From NCBI GenBank assembly GCA_963706955.1, contig CAVPOC010000008.1, positions 448,001 through 512,000 of the forward strand: a stretch of 64,000 nucleotides of DNA. Reading direction: 5' to 3'. The notes under the pieces are model-generated. The model ran no database searches, was not told the origin of the DNA, and saw only the letters and a list, made by a program, of their open reading frames with translations. The translations under genes were made by a program, and so were the position numbers. Of the stretch, positions 61,677 through 64,000 are shown piece after piece. The number at the start of each line of letters is the position of its first letter. Position 1 is the first letter of the stretch. This stretch comes from an uncultured Verrucomicrobiae bacterium. Lineage in GTDB: Bacteria; Verrucomicrobiota; Verrucomicrobiia; Chthoniobacterales; Terrimicrobiaceae.

Positions 61677-62667
61677 ATGACAGGCGTTGAGATTATCGTT
61701 GGGATTGGACTGGGCCTTACCGCCTACGTCTTGCTTCGTGCTCTAATGATGGGCTTCTTTACGGTGGCGCCGAACGAACGCGCCGTGCTGACGAGCTTTG
61801 GCCGGGCACAACGCATCGGACAAGCCACCACCCTCGAAACCCCCTTGGCAGACGACCTTCCCGAAGCTCGATCGGGAACGCTACCGTTATCCGCAGCTAC
61901 AGGTGATCGGCCCGGGCGGTCCCTATTTCCGCTGGCCGTGGCAACGCGTGCACAAGGTTAATGTCGCCATCTCTACCGCCAGCATTGCCTTCGATCCGGA
62001 GAGTCCGGAAGCGAATCAGGGAGGTCTGGTGCTCGAGGCGGTTACACAGGATCAACTCAATATTGGCTTAAGCGGGCAGATTCGCTTCAGCGTGAGTGAA
62101 GGCAACCTTTATGCGTTCCTCTTCGGAGTGAAAAAACCGATTGCCCATGTGATGGGGTATTTCATTTCCGTTCTTCGGGAGCGGATCGCCAACTTCAAGG
62201 CTCCGCGAGAGGATGGCGCGCTTGTGCCGGAAGATCTCCGGTTTGAAGGCATTTCCATCAACGATCTTCGAAAAAATGTGAATCTGCTGAATGAGCAAAT
62301 GGATCTCGAATGCCGGAGCTCGGCGGCACGCTACGGCATCACGCTCGACGCGTCATTGATCACCGGAATCGATCCGCCTCACCAAATCGAAAGCGCCCTC
62401 GCCGCAATCAATACCGCCCATAACGAAGTTTCTTCCGAGGTCAGCGTCGCGCAGGCGCTTGCCGATCAACGAATCGAGGAGTCCAAGCGGGCGGTGGAAA
62501 TTCAAACGATGAAAGCGGAGGCGGAAGTGGAGCCGCTGAGGTGGCTCGCCGAGCAGCTGCAGTTGCTGAAGCAAAGCGGTCCCGAGGCCATTCCCGGCTA
62601 CCTCCGCAATGTTCGACTCGATCTCTACAAGCGCGCTAAGCGCATCATTCTCGAGATGGGACAATGA
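61677..62667 (+). CDS. SPFH/band 7 domain protein, frameshifted near 61861
   Basis: N-terminal TM; GFFTVAPNERAVLTSFG, GPGGPYFRWPWQ and LITGIDPP. Confidence 0.82.
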
Positions 62668-63576
62668 CCTTTCTGCTCGCTTTTTTCATCACCCTGATTG
62701 CGTGCCTAATTCTTGTGCCGCTGCTGACCGCTTTGGGAAAGTTCTTCTGTCTATTCGCCATCGTCCAGGAATGCGAAGCCCACGTTTTTCTGCTCTTCGG
62801 ACGCGTGATTGGCGTCATCGACGAACCCGGCCTGCATCTTCTCGCCTTGAAGATCGGCCCGCATGCGCTCCTCATCCGCTTTTTCGGCGCAGTGCGCCGC
62901 GTCGACTTGCGCCTCGATCAAGAATACTTGCGCAGCGAGCCGGTCAACTCGGAGGAAGGCACACCGATGGGAATCGGTGTGTGGTACGAAATGCGCGTAG
63001 GCAATCCGCGCCGATTACCTGTTCCGCAACACTGATCCGCGCGGCTCGTTGCGCGCCAATGTTCGCAATGCCACCGTCCGCTGCCTGAGCAACATGCCTC
63101 TGCAAAATCTTCTCGAGGACCGCCACAAGATGAGCCGCCGGGTTCGGGAGGAAGTCTCGCCGAAATCAGAGGCTTGGGGGTTCCACCTGGGATCAGTTTA
63201 CATCCGCAAGGTCCACTTTCGAGACGATCAGATGATCCATCAAATCGAGCAGAAAGTGGTCAATCGACTTCGACAGGTCACCTCGGCGATACGTCAACAA
63301 GGCGCCAACCAGGTGGCAGTCATCAAGAGCGGCGCGGAACGCACGGCCGCGGCCGAATTCGCGCACGCCGCCGCGGTGCGCCCGTATCTCGTCGGCAAGG
63401 CCATCCAGGAGATCGCCAAGGACAAGGAAATCCTCGAGACGGTCTTTCAGATTCTCGAAACCGAGAAAATGCTCGATGGCGATGTCGATTTGACACTCGT
63501 CCCACGCGACAGCCTGTTCGCACGCCTTCTCGCGACGCAAGGCGTTCCTCTACCAACCGCCCCCGCGCCGCAGTAG
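62664..63576 (+). CDS. Second SPFH/band 7 domain protein, frameshifted near 63009
   Basis: ATGA overlap with the first; LFGRVIGVIDEPGLH, VDLRLDQ and WGFHLGSVYIRKV. Confidence 0.82.
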
Positions 63577-63611
63577 AAAAGCACGGTATTTCCCGTTACG
63601 GTTGACTCGTA

Positions 63612-64000
63612 ATGGAGTCGGTGGCACGCAAGATCGTTCAGCGTCTGAGAGAGGCCGGTCATCAGGCCTTCTTTGCGGGAGGTTGTGTTCGTGACTCCTT
63701 AATGGGCAAAACGCCGCATGACTTCGACATTGCCACCTCTGCCCGGCCCGAAGAGGTTCAGGCGCTCTTTCCGCGAACCATTCCCGTGGGCGCGCAGTTC
63801 GGTGTCGTTCTGGTGGTTGAAGAGGGTCGGGACTACCAGGTGGCGACCTTCCGTTCCGATGGGACCTATCTCGACGGCCGCCATCCCCGAACCGTGACCT
63901 TCACCTCTCCGGAAGGAGACGCCAAGCGCCGGGATTTCACCATTAACGGCCTCTTCTACGATCCGATCGAAGGAAAAGTGCTGGACTTTGTCGGCGGGCG
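63612..64000 (+). CDS. CCA tRNA nucleotidyltransferase / poly(A) polymerase family (runs off the window)
   Basis: AGGCVRD, DFDIATSA, VATFR and DAKRRDFTINGLFYD. Confidence 0.93.
   Translation, partial: MESVARKIVQRLREAGHQAFFAGGCVRDSLMGKTPHDFDIATSARPEEVQALFPRTIPVGAQFGVVLVVEEGRDYQVATFRSDGTYLDGRHPRTVTFTSPEGDAKRRDFTINGLFYDPIEGKVLDFVGG

Noticed and set aside
17140..63012. Programmed ribosomal frameshifting at the broken genes
   Set aside because: No slippery heptamers or shared context, and these families are not known to be recoded
1..64000. CRISPR array or cas genes
   Set aside because: No regularly spaced repeat-spacer series and no Cas-like ORF; the repeats seen are inverted pairs or tRNA fragments

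Overview
GC-rich bacterial window. The gene families and intergenic repeat types suggest Verrucomicrobiota (Chthoniobacterales-like); this is an inference. From left to right it holds: a sugar-conversion cluster (1-6.3 kb); a multi-PAS two-component system followed by a USP/BCAM0308/RtcB/DksA/FmdB stress-type cluster (6.6-14.8 kb); an FMO and transporters; an IS481 element; and a tRNA-Leu(TAA) integration hotspot. The hotspot has one displaced 3' fragment (24.7 kb) and, unusually, two 5'-half copies, each with a promoter-like upstream sequence (33.9 and 36.8 kb). Further right are a segment punctuated by CTGACCCC motifs with duplicated Y1-transposase-like remnants (36.9-39.4 kb), a mosaic of gene fragments around an ECF sigma/anti-sigma/cupredoxin/metallophosphoesterase module with four matching promoter motifs (43-51 kb), a glycoside-utilisation cluster with two tandem AraC genes (51-61 kb), two SPFH genes and the start of a CCA-adding enzyme gene. 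Six otherwise intact genes carry single-base frameshifts, most simply explained as sequencing errors. No CRISPR array, rRNA or intact integrase was seen. All calls come from reading motifs by eye; no searches or folding programs were run.
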